DNA of 64,000 nucleotides, taken from NCBI GenBank assembly GCA_964199315.1, contig OZ116703.1:27900001-27964000 (forward strand), in the 5' to 3' direction. Shown here in pieces: positions 50,398 to 62,200 of the stretch (position 1 is the first letter of the stretch; each line of letters starts with the position of its first letter). Origin of the DNA: Orbicella franksi (lineage: Eukaryota). The position numbers and the translations under genes were made by a program. Below the pieces are notes generated by a model that ran no database searches, was not told the DNA's origin, and was given only the letters and a program-made list of their open reading frames with translations.

Positions 50398-50900
50398 AAA
50401 TATCCCCAAAGTGCCGGAAAATCAACCCAAAGTTGGGCAAAATCACGATGCGCGTAAGGCGGTCTTGGCTACTTTTTCAGTCTTAAAATGAAGTGGGGCT
50501 ATATTTCGGCCTAGAAGCTCGAAACCGAGCGTTGAATTATTTTTCCTCTGTCCATTTCACTGAAAACCAAGGCCATCACGAGTTAGTTTAGAGTCCCTGG
50601 GACTGGGAAATATCCCCCGCGTTAGGGGAAATCGAGCCAAAGTAGGTCAAAATCACGATGCACGTACGGCGGTCTCGGCTATTCTTTCAGTCTTACAATG
50701 AAGTGGGGCTATATTTCAGCCTAGAAGCTCGAAACCGAGCGTTGAATTATTTTTCCTCTGTCCATTTCACTGAAAACCAAGATCATCACGAGTTAGTTTA
50801 GAGTCCCTGGGACAGGAAAATATGCCCCAAGTTGCAGGAAATCGACGCAAAGTTGCTCAAAATGACGATGCGAGAAAGACGGTCTCGGCTATTCTTTCAG
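50398..50900. repeat. Tandem repeat, 210-bp unit, ~2.4 copies
   Basis: Units start at 50398, 50608 and 50818 (aaatat...aaaatcacgatgc...ctagaagctcgaaaccgagcgttgaatt...gagtccctggga). Confidence 0.9.
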
Positions 50901-51162
50901 TAATAATAACATTTGATATTTAATAATATTTGCGACACATTGGAACCTTTTGTGAAATGTTCAAGGAATTGCTAGAATTGGTTAGTTCGAGTTCATGGTG
51001 AACTGGTTATGCCGTTCCCACAGAACTTAGAATGTACAATATATTAACAACTGAGGTGGCCTCCACTATAAACTTAGTGGTTTTTGAGGGGGTCTCCTCT
51101 TCGCCTTCTGTTACTGTTATTATATCTCATTATTATTTAGGCTGAGGCAAATAAAAGATCGT

Positions 51163-51203
<41 letters not shown>
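51163..51203. repeat. (GAT)n microsatellite
   Basis: About 13-14 perfect units. Confidence 0.95.
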
Positions 51204-51374
51204 TAAAATAATACTTCAAGTGACACAGTGAAAGTTTCAAAAGTGCATGCTTGGGGATGAATTTTTTTCTTTTGTATTTCTCATTTTTGCTGTGCGCGTG
51301 AACAAATGACCCTACCCCTAGAGACATGGCAGAGCCCTGAAGAGGGGCATTTCAACAGCATTTTTGACCTGGGG

Positions 51375-51805
51375 TACCGTAAAACTTCGAATTAGCGCCC
51401 GTGGCGCTTATTTCAAATTTAAGATAAGACGGGGGGCGCTTATTCGAGGGAGGTGCGCTTATTTAATTTTTCCAAATCGTGGCCTGACATGATCATTTTT
51501 TTAATACATGATCTGCGCGTGAACACCAACATAAGCTGTTTACTGACATAAAAAGCTGATCCTAAAGTTTAAATCGCGGCACCGTTAGTACTTAACGTGT
51601 TCAACATGTTCACAAACTGAAACAGTGTACAAATCTAATACTACATGACGAAAACTATACACCCTTTGTTGTCTCATTACTCGTCCACAAAATGGAGGGA
51701 GGGGAGGGGGCGCTTATTCAAGGGGGGGGGGCGCTTATTTTAAATTTCGGCCGATAGAAGGGGCGCTTATTCGAGGCGGGGGCGCTAATTCGAGGATTTA
51801 CGGTA
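51375..51805. mobile_element. Second copy of the TACCGTAAA-TIR MITE, just upstream of RNPS1
   Basis: High similarity to 24343-24740. Confidence 0.85.
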
Positions 51806-52055
51806 TTGGAATTTGACCAAATGAAGATTCAAAATGTCAATCACCTGGGGGTTGCCCAAGAAGCTCCAACAGGAGTCCTGGAGGTTGGCGAGGCTCGAAG
51901 TGACTGATACATGTGAAGGATTGTTCAATGTGCCAGAGGGCCCGCCATTTATTTATTTTATTTTATCTTTATTTTCTTCACAAACGTAAGGGCCTGGGAT
52001 CTAGTGAAGCGCTTGGATTCGGCCATCTTGGCTGTTTTGACTTGCAGTTATCAAA

Positions 52056-55000
52056 ATGTAAGTAGATTCTTGTAAAATCCTCGGTCATCCTGCTATTACT
52101 AAACATTTCATATCTATCTCATACACCTTAAGATGTTTTAAAATTATTCTTTTCCCGTATTAGAATGGTTTTGCTTTAATTTCGTTCTAATTCCCGCTGT
52201 TTTTTCAGGGGTCGCAGAAGTCGCTCACGCTCGCGCTCTCCTGCACCTCGCAAAGACAAAGACAAAGAAAAGAAGCGAACTTCTAGTACCCGAGGCCGTA
52301 GTCCAGTTAAGTCAAGTAAAGCAAGTAAAGGAAAGAATAAAGCCAAAGGGGAGCAAGGCAAAGCAAGTGCAAAAAATGCTACAGAGAATTCGAAGGGAAG
52401 TCGACGCCGCAGCCGTTCATCCAGCAGGTGAAGTAAACCCTCGAGTGAACTTTCATTTCCTTCCTGCCATTTTCCTTGGTGTATGACATTTTACAGACTG
52501 CAGACCGCAGACGTTTTAACTGAAATCGTATTCCCATTTCCATTACCGAGAGCTAACCGTAAACAGGCTAACCTGAGTGATATTTAGGTGAACCAGGGCG
52601 CTATGTTGGCCTAAATGTAGTAACCAGGCGCATCGGCTGCAGTCTGCAAATGTCATACACGGCATTTTTAGACATCTTAAATCTAGAAATTTATTCTGTC
52701 TTTTAGATATTATGGCTAATTGAAATTATGGCTTAGAGTGTTGTTAACTCTCCAACGCGCTGGTCATGGCAAAGTTGAGGTTAAATTACGGGCAACATAC
52801 AGCCTTTCACTGTTTGTCTACAGCACGCGATTCAACAAACTCTACACCTGCAGAGACGTAGATGTTTGCTGAATGAGTGTAACCACAGCCATTATACTGC
52901 AGTGGAGATTAGTTTACTCCCCTTTAAACATAATTAAAGCTGCAAATATAAGAAACTCCCAAATAATGCCCAGCTTGTATGAATTTGTTTTATGAGTTTT
53001 ATCATCGGTCAAAATGGTGTTGAAAATTGAAATATTTTAAAACATAGCCTGTATACCTTTAGCTTAATGTCTTCTTGTTTATTCTGGCTGGTTTAAACAG
53101 AATATATTTTTTTTCCCTATCAGAGGTATCATCCACTATAAAATAATTTAAGGCTGGCTAAAAGGATGGGTTCCTTTGGGGTGAACCAGTTCTGGTCAGT
53201 GATCCAAGATCACTCTGATCATGGTGCATCAAAAGGAACCAATGAGTCCACTCTGGTCACAGATTCATCTGACAGTTCCTTTGATGCACCATAAACCGAG
53301 TGATCTTGAATCCTGATCCAAAGGAACGCACCCTGAAATCATATACATGTAATACATGAACTATGAACTTCTGCACAGCTACAGTGTATTGCTTGTTCAC
53401 ACTTATATCATTCTTTTGTTATGTTTCTGGTGTAGTTCATCGTCAAGCTCTGGCAGCTCGTCAAGTTCTGGCAGTCGCAGCTCCAGTTCAGGATCCAGCA
53501 GTAGTAGAAGCAGCAGTTCAGGATCAAGCAGTGGCTCAAGTCGGAGCAGTAGTAGGTCAAGTAGCATTAGTAGTGGTGAGGATGTCTTATTTTTTTTTAA
53601 ATTTTTAATATTGTTATAAAATTTTTAGCTGTAATTATTTACTATATTTTTTAAATTTATTTATTTATGTTTATTTTGACCAGGGTCTCTTTTGGTAATA
53701 GGTTTTTTGCTTTCAAAAGGGCCACATTGAAATGAATTGNNNNNNNNNNNNNNNNNNNNNNNNNNNNNNNNNNNNNNNNNNNNNNNNNNNNNNNNNNNNN
53801 NNNNNNNNNNNNNNNNNNNNNNNNNNNNNNNNNNNNNNNNNNNNNNNNNNNNNNNNNNNNNNNNNNNNNNNNNNNNNNNNNNNNNNNNNNNNNNNNTAGT
53901 TTCTGAAATTCTTGAACCTGGAATTTTTTCCCTCATTTTTCGGGACTCTGGATTTGTCCAGACTTCAAATACCTTACTTTTTTCCTCTTGCCTGTTCCAT
54001 CATGACTATCACTTAACTGCCTCATTGCCTCAGCAACATTCAATTTCCTCTTGAATTGATACAAATTGCCTTGACTTTCTCGTATTCGGCAAAAGCCACA
54101 GTGCTTTCCAGTCCTTGTAACTGTAGAACAAAAACTTTCCAGATTGCATTTAAAGGGAATCTTTGCTGAAAAGCAGTTCAAGTTCCACAGTATACCTGAT
54201 GGTTCTCATTAATTGATCCTGGTGTTTTAAGTTGATATCTCTGTAAGTGGTTTGATGTCATAGTTTCCCATCAAGCTTGGCAAAAACAAACACGGTGGCA
54301 CATGGGAAATATTTGAAATCCTAAAATAACTGGAAGGAAATGGCCAGCATTCAAAACAGTCAAAGAACTATTGATTTTGAATCACTGAAACAATTTAACA
54401 CCAACACCAGCTTGTGATTTGGAACAAAACGATCCCTTTCACAACTATCAATGAGGTGACACGCCGCAAATCGGGTAAAGGTGCAATTAATGAACTTGAG
54501 CTCAATGGAACGAGAATAACAAATTCAACCAAAATTGCAGAGGGTTTTAATAAATTTTTCGCAGAAATCGGTCCCGAACTGTCCAGGGATATAGAAGAAG
54601 TCGGCACCTCTTTCGATGAATATATTTACCAAACCAGCAATTGTTTTAGTTTCCAGCGAGTGACTCAATCGCACGTTTTGTCCCACCTAAATAAATTATG
54701 CAAGAGAAAGGCTACAGGTCTCGATTCTGTGTCAGCAAGACTTCTAAAAGAATGTCCGGATTTAATCTCCTGGTCACTCGCTCTGATATTCAATCAATCG
54801 ATCGATACTGGTATTTTTCCTGATGAATGGAAAAATGCAAGAATCACGCCTCTTTTTAAGAAAGCAGGAAGTAGGAGTGATCCTTCTAAGTATCGACCGA
54901 TCTCGATTATCCCGGTTGTGGCCAAGGTTTTCGAGCGAATTATTTATGATCAGTTGTATCATTACCTAAATGAAAATAATCTTCTCAGTAGACACCAATC

Positions 55001-57274
55001 CAGTTTTCGCTCGCTTCATTCTACAGTTACTGCATTGATTGAAGCGACTGATAATTGGTCTTTAAACATCAATCGTGGCTTTATTAATGCCGTTATATTT
55101 TAGATCTTAAGAAGGCTTTCGTTACTGTGGATCACTCTATTCTTCTCTCAAAATTACAAGCTTATGGTATTCAGGGTTCCACAAACCAATGGTTCTGCTC
55201 TTATTTAAAAAACCGAACCCAGACGTGTCTTGTAAACGGGAATAAATCGTCCAAAACGTTCCTTCGCTGTGGTGTTCCACAGGGAACGATTCTTGGGCCC
55301 CTTTTATTTCTATTGTATATAAATGATTTGCCTAATTGCCTCCAGCATTCCCAACCAAGGATGTACGCCGATGACACTAGTATTACATTTGCTGGTAGTG
55401 ACGTTGATGAAATAAATAGTTGTATTAATCTTGATTTGGAGAGAATTCATGTGTGGCTTGCAGCCAACAAAGTAACTTTAAATATGACAAAGACAGAATT
55501 CCTTCTGATTGGTTCCAAGCGAAGGCTTTCAAATTTTACAGTGAATCCTACTGCTAATATCGACCAGTTTCCGATAAAACGAGTCTCGACTGTTAAATCC
55601 TTAGGTGTACACATTGATGAAAATCTTACTTGGGAGTGTCATATCAATGAGCTTTCCAAAAAGATTGCTTCTGGCATTAGCGCCATTAAACGTATTAGGT
55701 ATTCGGTCCCATATAAGACTTTACTTTCCGTTTACAATTCATTAGTCCAACCTCATCTCGATTACTGCAGTTCGGTGTGGGGATCCTGTTCTAAAACTCT
55801 TTCTCAAAAGTTACAAAAATTACAAAATCGGGTAGCACGCGTCATAACTTTTTCAAATTACGATCGTAATACTGATGAATTGTTGAGGATGGTCAACTGG
55901 GTTAAACTGGACCGTCAACGCCTTGTTAATAAATTAATAATGATGTACAAGATTGTAAATAATATGGTTCCGGAATATCTTTGTTCACGCTTTGTCTTCC
56001 GTTCCGATACTTTGACTTATAAGCTAAGAGATAGTGATGGTACGCTTGCTATCCCACAGCCCCACACTAATTACTGTAAAAGAAGTCTTTCTTACAGCGG
56101 AGTTGTACTATGGAATAGTCTGCCCTTGAATATTAGACAATCGCTCTCCCTTAATCAATTTAAATCTAAGTTGAAGAACTATGATTTTGACAGTGGTCTT
56201 ATATAAATTTTATTTTGTTTTTATACACGGCTTCCTTGTAAAGCAGGTTTTTATCATTTCTCTTATTCTAGTAGTTATTTACAATATTAAATTAGTTAGG
56301 TAGTTAGATTTATTTAAATTAAATATTGTATAGTCCTGAAGGAAATACCGTGTCTAAATAAAGATTTTACCTTTACCTTACAACCAGACTCACCTTTGGT
56401 TCAAAATGCGTTCAAAAAATTATTTTTCTTTTCTTTTCTCCCTTCAGGTGGTGAAAAAGACAAGACAGCCAAGGCTAAGAAAGAAGTGAAAGAAAAAGAG
56501 ACAAAAGAAGTGAAAGAAGTCACAAAGGAACCCAAAGAAATCAAGGATAAAGCTCCTCCCCCTCCCCCTAAAATCAAGTCGCCTAAAGTGTCTCCTCCCC
56601 CAAAGTCACCCAAGAAATCTCCAGTCACCAAGTCACCCACTCCGCCTCCTCGTGCCAGGCCCACGCGACGATCAGTTTCGAAATCCGTGTCGAAGTCACC
56701 CAGCCCCGTGAAACGTGCACCTCGTGCGCGTTCGTCGTCCTCGTCAGGCTCCTCGCGCTCGCCAAGGAGACGTAAAAGAAGTCCAACTCCCAAACCCACT
56801 AAGCTGTACGTGGCGCATCTCACACGCAACGTCACTAAGGATCATGTGTTCGAGATATTTAGCGTGTACGGTCACGTGAAGTCAGTAGACTTGCCTATGG
56901 ACCGGTTTAATTTTCTTCCTCGGGGATTTGCGTACGTGGAGTATGACGAGGCTGAGGATGCGGAAAGCGCTTTGAAGCACATGGACGGAGGACAGATTGA
57001 TGGACAGGAGATCACAACTCAGATGGTACACCCCATGAGGCCTCGCGACGTTAGACCTGCTCGCCGTCCCAGTCCACCTCCCCCACGGCGCCGTCCTCCG
57101 CCGCCAGCGTGGAGAAGATCCCCGCCCGCCAGATTCCGTGGTCCTTTCAGGGCGGGAAGACGATCGCGTTCACCATCACCACGACGCCGTTCTCGTTCGA
57201 AATCACGAAGTAGAAGTCGATCTCCGCCGAGACGACGAAGATACAGCCGATCAAGTTCGAGCTCCTCTCGATAA
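52056..57274 (+). CDS. RNPS1: RNPS1 (EJC/ASAP-associated SR-related RRM protein); coding exons 52056-52057 (AT), 52209-52427, 53436-53575, 56448-57274 (~395 aa)
   Basis: Ser-rich domain followed by RRKRSPTPKPTKLYVAHLTRNVTKDHVFEIFSVYG...ALKHMDGGQIDGQEIT...WRRSPP...RSSSSSSR*, the RNPS1 architecture. Exon phases are consistent. Confidence 0.92.
53165..53335. mobile_element. Diverged copy of the 1508-1692 hairpin MITE
   Basis: ttcctttggggtga...gatccaagatcactc...ccaaaggaacgcaccct. Confidence 0.75.
53740..53895. other. Assembly gap (156 N) in RNPS1 intron 3
   Basis: Run of n characters. Confidence 1.
54410..56382 (+). mobile_element. 5'-truncated, frameshifted non-LTR retrotransposon (L2/CR1-group RT) in RNPS1 intron 3
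   Basis: RT motifs YRPISIIPVVAKVFERII; AVIF-DLKKAF broken by a 1-nt deletion near 55100; GVPQGTILGPLLFLLYINDL; YADDT. 3' UTR ends in AATAAA plus a (TTTACC)n tail. No endonuclease domain. Confidence 0.92.
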
Positions 57275-58044
57275 GCTTGCACTTGGTTCCAGTGAACTTT
57301 GTGCGTAAGGAAAGAAAGCTCTGTTCAAGGACAACATAATCGAAAAATAACTGCGTGTTTGCAGTCTGATAGTCATATTAGCTCAAGTTGCATCGGTGAA
57401 AGAAGAGAACATTTCAGTGAAGGAAACAGTTTTCGATTCAAAAGTCCTAAAACGACAGTTTCTTTCCGTTAGTCTGGTACAATTTTGGAAACAAAGACAA
57501 ACAGAACGTTTCACTAACAGAAATTTACTGGGACACTTGAAGAGGTTATATTCATGTGAAAATGAGTCAAACTTACAGATCTGTTTCAAGATTGTATGGC
57601 TTTATTACTTTTAAATTGTTTGATAGATGCTTCATCATTTTTACTTCAAGAGACAGTTGCTAAGTTTGTACATTCTTGCTTTTGAATTAAAAGCAGTTTG
57701 TACTTTTTATTACCTGGCTGTGATGCTTCGCTTTTTGTTGCCTTTTTTTTTGTTGTTATTGGTACGTTTTTTCCCTTTTTTTTTCTTATTATTTTAATTT
57801 ATGTAGTTTTTGTTTTGTTTTTTTGCCAGTACTGGTTTTCTGTTATTATTTCTGTGGGTTAAACTTCAACAGTCTTCCTGTTGATTTGCTTTAAAATTCC
57901 ACTGATAAGAGACAAAAACTGAAATGCGGGCCTCTATGAAGATCTGGTTTATGCTTTGAGTGCGTCTATCGAAGGCTGTTCGTGTGAGTAAAGAAAGTAC
58001 TTTAGAAGCTGGAACTGTGCTTTAGGTGAAGGAAACATCCATAA

Positions 58045-58445
58045 AGCCCTGGCGAAACGGACTCGCAAGAAGTCGCAAGTAGCCGCAAGTTGAATTTGCG
58101 TAGAGACTTGCGTTGGGTGGCCAAACGGACTCTCAAGATTCCTCGCTAGTTAGCCTACGTCTAGCCGTAGTAGGCCACGCGCTAGTACACGCAAGTCGCA
58201 AAAAAAAAGAACACATTTCAAGGCAGACATATCCTGTATTTCATTGGCTAATACCGTGTAATGGATTAATGGGTGGCCAAACGGTGAAAAACTTGCGTCG
58301 ACTTGGGTGAAAATTTGATCTTGACCAAAGTGAGCGCAAGTCATTGCAAGTCAACGCAAATGCACGCCAGGTCTGGCCAAACGAAGTCGCACGTGGACAT
58401 AAGTTTTCAACTTGCGTCTATTTGCTTGTCCGTTTGGCCAGGGCT
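58045..58445. mobile_element. PIF/Harbinger-like MITE with TAA TSD
   Basis: TAA|AGCCCTGGCGAAACGGAC ... GTCCGTTTGGCCAGGGCT|TAA. Confidence 0.85.
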
Positions 58446-59236
58446 TAACTCGACAGACTCCACCAAAAGTATGAAACAATTCTTTTGCATCATCGCGGCA
58501 GGGATCGGGGAAAGCTTTGGTTAATGGTTAGAAGACTCGGCGATTATTTGTTGCATTGGAGTGAATTATTGAGGTGTGTCGACCGAGTTAGGGATGATCG
58601 CTCACGCTGCCGGGTCATAATGAGTATATAACGCGAATTTATTGATAATTACAATTACCGCCAAGCCCCGCTCATAAGATATAAAATTCTTTGTATTTTC
58701 AGCCCTTTTCGGTCGCAGAAGAAAATTAAAAGGAATTTATGAAAGGCAAATATTGAGAAAACTATATCCAAAAAAAGTTATTTATGGATGGACTCACCTG
58801 AAACATTTTATTTCAGGTGAGTCCATCGTAGTTTTCGTATTTCTTTTGGGCTGAGTTGTTCAAATGGTCGATAAAACTATTTGCATGTTCACCGGCCAAA
58901 TCACTATGAAGTATTCTTGTCTCCCAATTTTTAGCCCTTGAATAATAAGTTATTCAGCAGAATGCGTTATCCATCCATTGAACAACTACTAGCAGCTATT
59001 AGTTTCACTCAGAGTGATCTAAGTCTATTTTCTTTCTTACACCTGGGTATCGATTCATTACGAGGTATACAGATTCTAGAAATTGCTATGTTAATTTTTG
59101 TTGGAAAAACTTGTAGACTGATGTTGCTCGCCAAAATGGCCAGAGCGGTCAGCGGTTTAAATGAAACTAGAGTGGAACCTGGGAAGAAGATACCAGGACG
59201 CGAAGACGCCTGGCAAAGTTTGACTTTACGTTGATC

Positions 59237-62200
59237 ATGTCGCTGAAGACAGTTACTGTGTTTTGTGGTTCTAGCTCAGGAAATGATCCGAGGTTTGAGG
59301 AAAGCGCTAGAGGTGAAGTTGTTTCGAGTAACTTAATGTAACTTTACTATATATTTCTGAGATTTTTTATGGGATGTCGTCGTAGTCTTGCAGTCCTGAA
59401 ACTCCATGTGAAACTAGAATTTGTTCAGATTTGTTGAACTACCGAACAACATATTAGGCTGGCTGAAGTTGTAGTGTTGAAAACCCACTAACCTAGACAC
59501 AATCTTTGAAACATTTACCTTCCCAACCACAAGAAATTGAAACAAAGTAGAGCATATAGGTTTTCTCTCGCCGTCTATCAACGAAAGATGAACAGAATAC
59601 ACAAGCAGTCTGTAATGTGCTTGAGTTCAAAATACCCGGCAACTGGCCGCCTACATAAGCTTACATGCAACGTTTACGAACAACGTTTTTTTACTCTCGA
59701 ATATACAGAGTTCAATGTTGCATTTCTGCTAATTTCTTAGGGCTACCGAAGTTGCAAATTAAAAACTAATAAAAAAATTAGGGCCCACAAATTTATGCAT
59801 TATTGTAGGACAAAATTAATCTTTTGACTACAGAATGTGCTACAAAAGGTGTTTAAAAAAATACAATTGAAAAGAAAACAGAAAGAATCATATTTTCTTC
59901 CTAAGAAAGATGCAATTGGGAACAACAGAAAATACTGCCCACTGTGCAAGGGCAGATTTAGGAGGGGGGTACTCGCAGTATACATGACGGGGAGGGGGGG
60001 AGTCCAACATATTTTTGGGGTTGAAAATTGACACCCTCAATATTTTTGGGGGTCAAGAGATCTGTCATGTATTTTATTAGGTCTTAAAAAATGCGTAGTT
60101 TTTGGGTATACACATCTCCGAGTGAAATTTTTGTTGCAATCAGACAAGAGAGGATAAAGAGACATTAACAGATCTACCAGTTTCGTTAGATCATGCATTA
60201 GAAGAGTCTGTTTGATTGAATAAATCAGTATTGAGGTATTTAATTCTTGCATTTTTTTGGTTAAGATAGTTTGATGCTGGGTATTTTTGGGGGGGTGTAA
60301 AATTTCAGGCTCATATTTCTTAGGTTTGCAATATGAAGGTCTGTCAGGCCCACCATCATGTATACTGTGAGTACCTCCTGGGGGGTGGATTGGTTAGCTA
60401 GCCACTGTCTTTTAGAGAAGCAGAAAAAAATGAAAACAATTGTGAATATTTTAGCAGAAATGAAGGCAAACACTCTGGGCAGGCACCTCATTGTAATTTC
60501 TAGTTTGTGGTATTGCTAGTTTTTTTGGTGTAACAGTTTTCAGTTCGGTTCCAAATCTCAAGTTACACTGTTTTGGGAGGATGCCACATTGAGTCTGTAA
60601 CCCCAAAGTACCAGTCACCCACCCCCCTTGAAAAATCCTGGATCCACTCTTGACTGTCTAACAAAAATATACGAAAAGGTTGCTAAGTAATATTAAAAGA
60701 ATCAGCCGAAAATTAGACAACAATAATTGTTGTTTTTTCAATATTAGCCATTGGTAGAGTTAAATCTTTTAAAGCTCAAAATGTATTCAAAGACAAGCTG
60801 TTTTGTTCTAAACAACACACTTGTTCATATTGTGTTGGTTTTTAAGATAGTTTAACATCATTTGCAGCTCTTGGTCAGTGCCTGGTGAAAAACAAGATTA
60901 ACCTGATATATGGTGGAGGATCAGTTGGACTCATGGGAACTGTAGCTAAGACTGTAGCTGATGGTGGTTGTGATGTTACTGGATTTCTCCCTGAGTTCTT
61001 TGTTACGAGAAGTAAGCCAAGCAAAAATGATAGTTTCAACCGATAAAATTCAGCCTTAAGCTTTAAAAAGTAAATGTCTTGACTAATAATTTGAGAATTT
61101 GTTACTACTGACTATATTATGTATATAAATAGACTGTGAAATGCAAAACGAGATCTTTTTTAGTTGATTCTTTTTTTCTACTTGACAATGTGTCTACAAA
61201 GTTGATTACCGTAACGATATTATACATGTATATTTATTACATCTACATTTATATACATACATGTAGTAATTCAGGAGGTATTAAATAACAATAATAAGTT
61301 GATCAATAATAATAAGTCTTTACAAGCCTAGTCACAGGACCACAACTTCCACACGTTAAGAACAAATAACTCTTACTACTTGTTTCTGAAGAGTAAAAAT
61401 TTTATTTACCTTTTGTGCTATATTCAATAACTGAGTTTAAAATATAGCTTTGTTGTTGTTGTTGTTGTTGTAGTTGTTAAAACTCAAATAAGTCTTTAAA
61501 GTATAATGTCTGATGTTGCCAAAACCATGATAATTCCAGAGCTATCCTAGCTAGCCTGCATAGCAAGCATTCCTATACAAGTGAGGGGTTTGTTGCCTGC
61601 TGTGATGTAAAAATTGAATGCAGGAAAAGTTCTTAGGTTTGTATGAGAACTTTTACTAGTCCACTGAAATCTGAACTGAACTAGTGGGAGCACTTTATAT
61701 GCAGGCTAGAGCTAGCTTAAACAAGCCAACATGAGCATTATTCAGGCTTTGAACCTGAGCATTACTTAGACTAACCAGAGTACTATTGAGATGACCAGAG
61801 AGCTCAAGGCCGATTACTAATCGTGCTATTTAGGGTAATGGAAGCACTATTATATTCATGCTAACTAGAATGCGATTAATTTTGTTCTTTAAAGTGACTC
61901 ATTCACTCATGACTTAATTATTTGACTCAAAATTCCAAAAATAATGGAAGCCTTTCTATAACTTGGATGCTAGATAAAAATTTAGTCTCAAAAAATAAAA
62001 ATAATAAATATCGGGTAGTTTAGATAAGGTTATAGAAAATCGTTTTTTGTAACTTGTTTTACTCTTTTAGATCCTGAACACTTGAAGGGCATTGGTAGGA
62101 CAGTGCTGGTTGAAGATATGCATACTAGAAAAAGAAATATGCTAGAACAGGTAACATCAAGGCTATTGATGTATAGTGGCTATTGCTACTGAGAAGAATT

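Noticed and set aside
50398-50900. CRISPR-like array
   Set aside because: Long near-identical units with no unique spacers, eukaryotic context, and no cas genes.
53896-54400. Possible decayed coding or transposase fragment on the minus strand beside the gap
   Set aside because: Multiple stops, no recognisable motif, and truncated by Ns.
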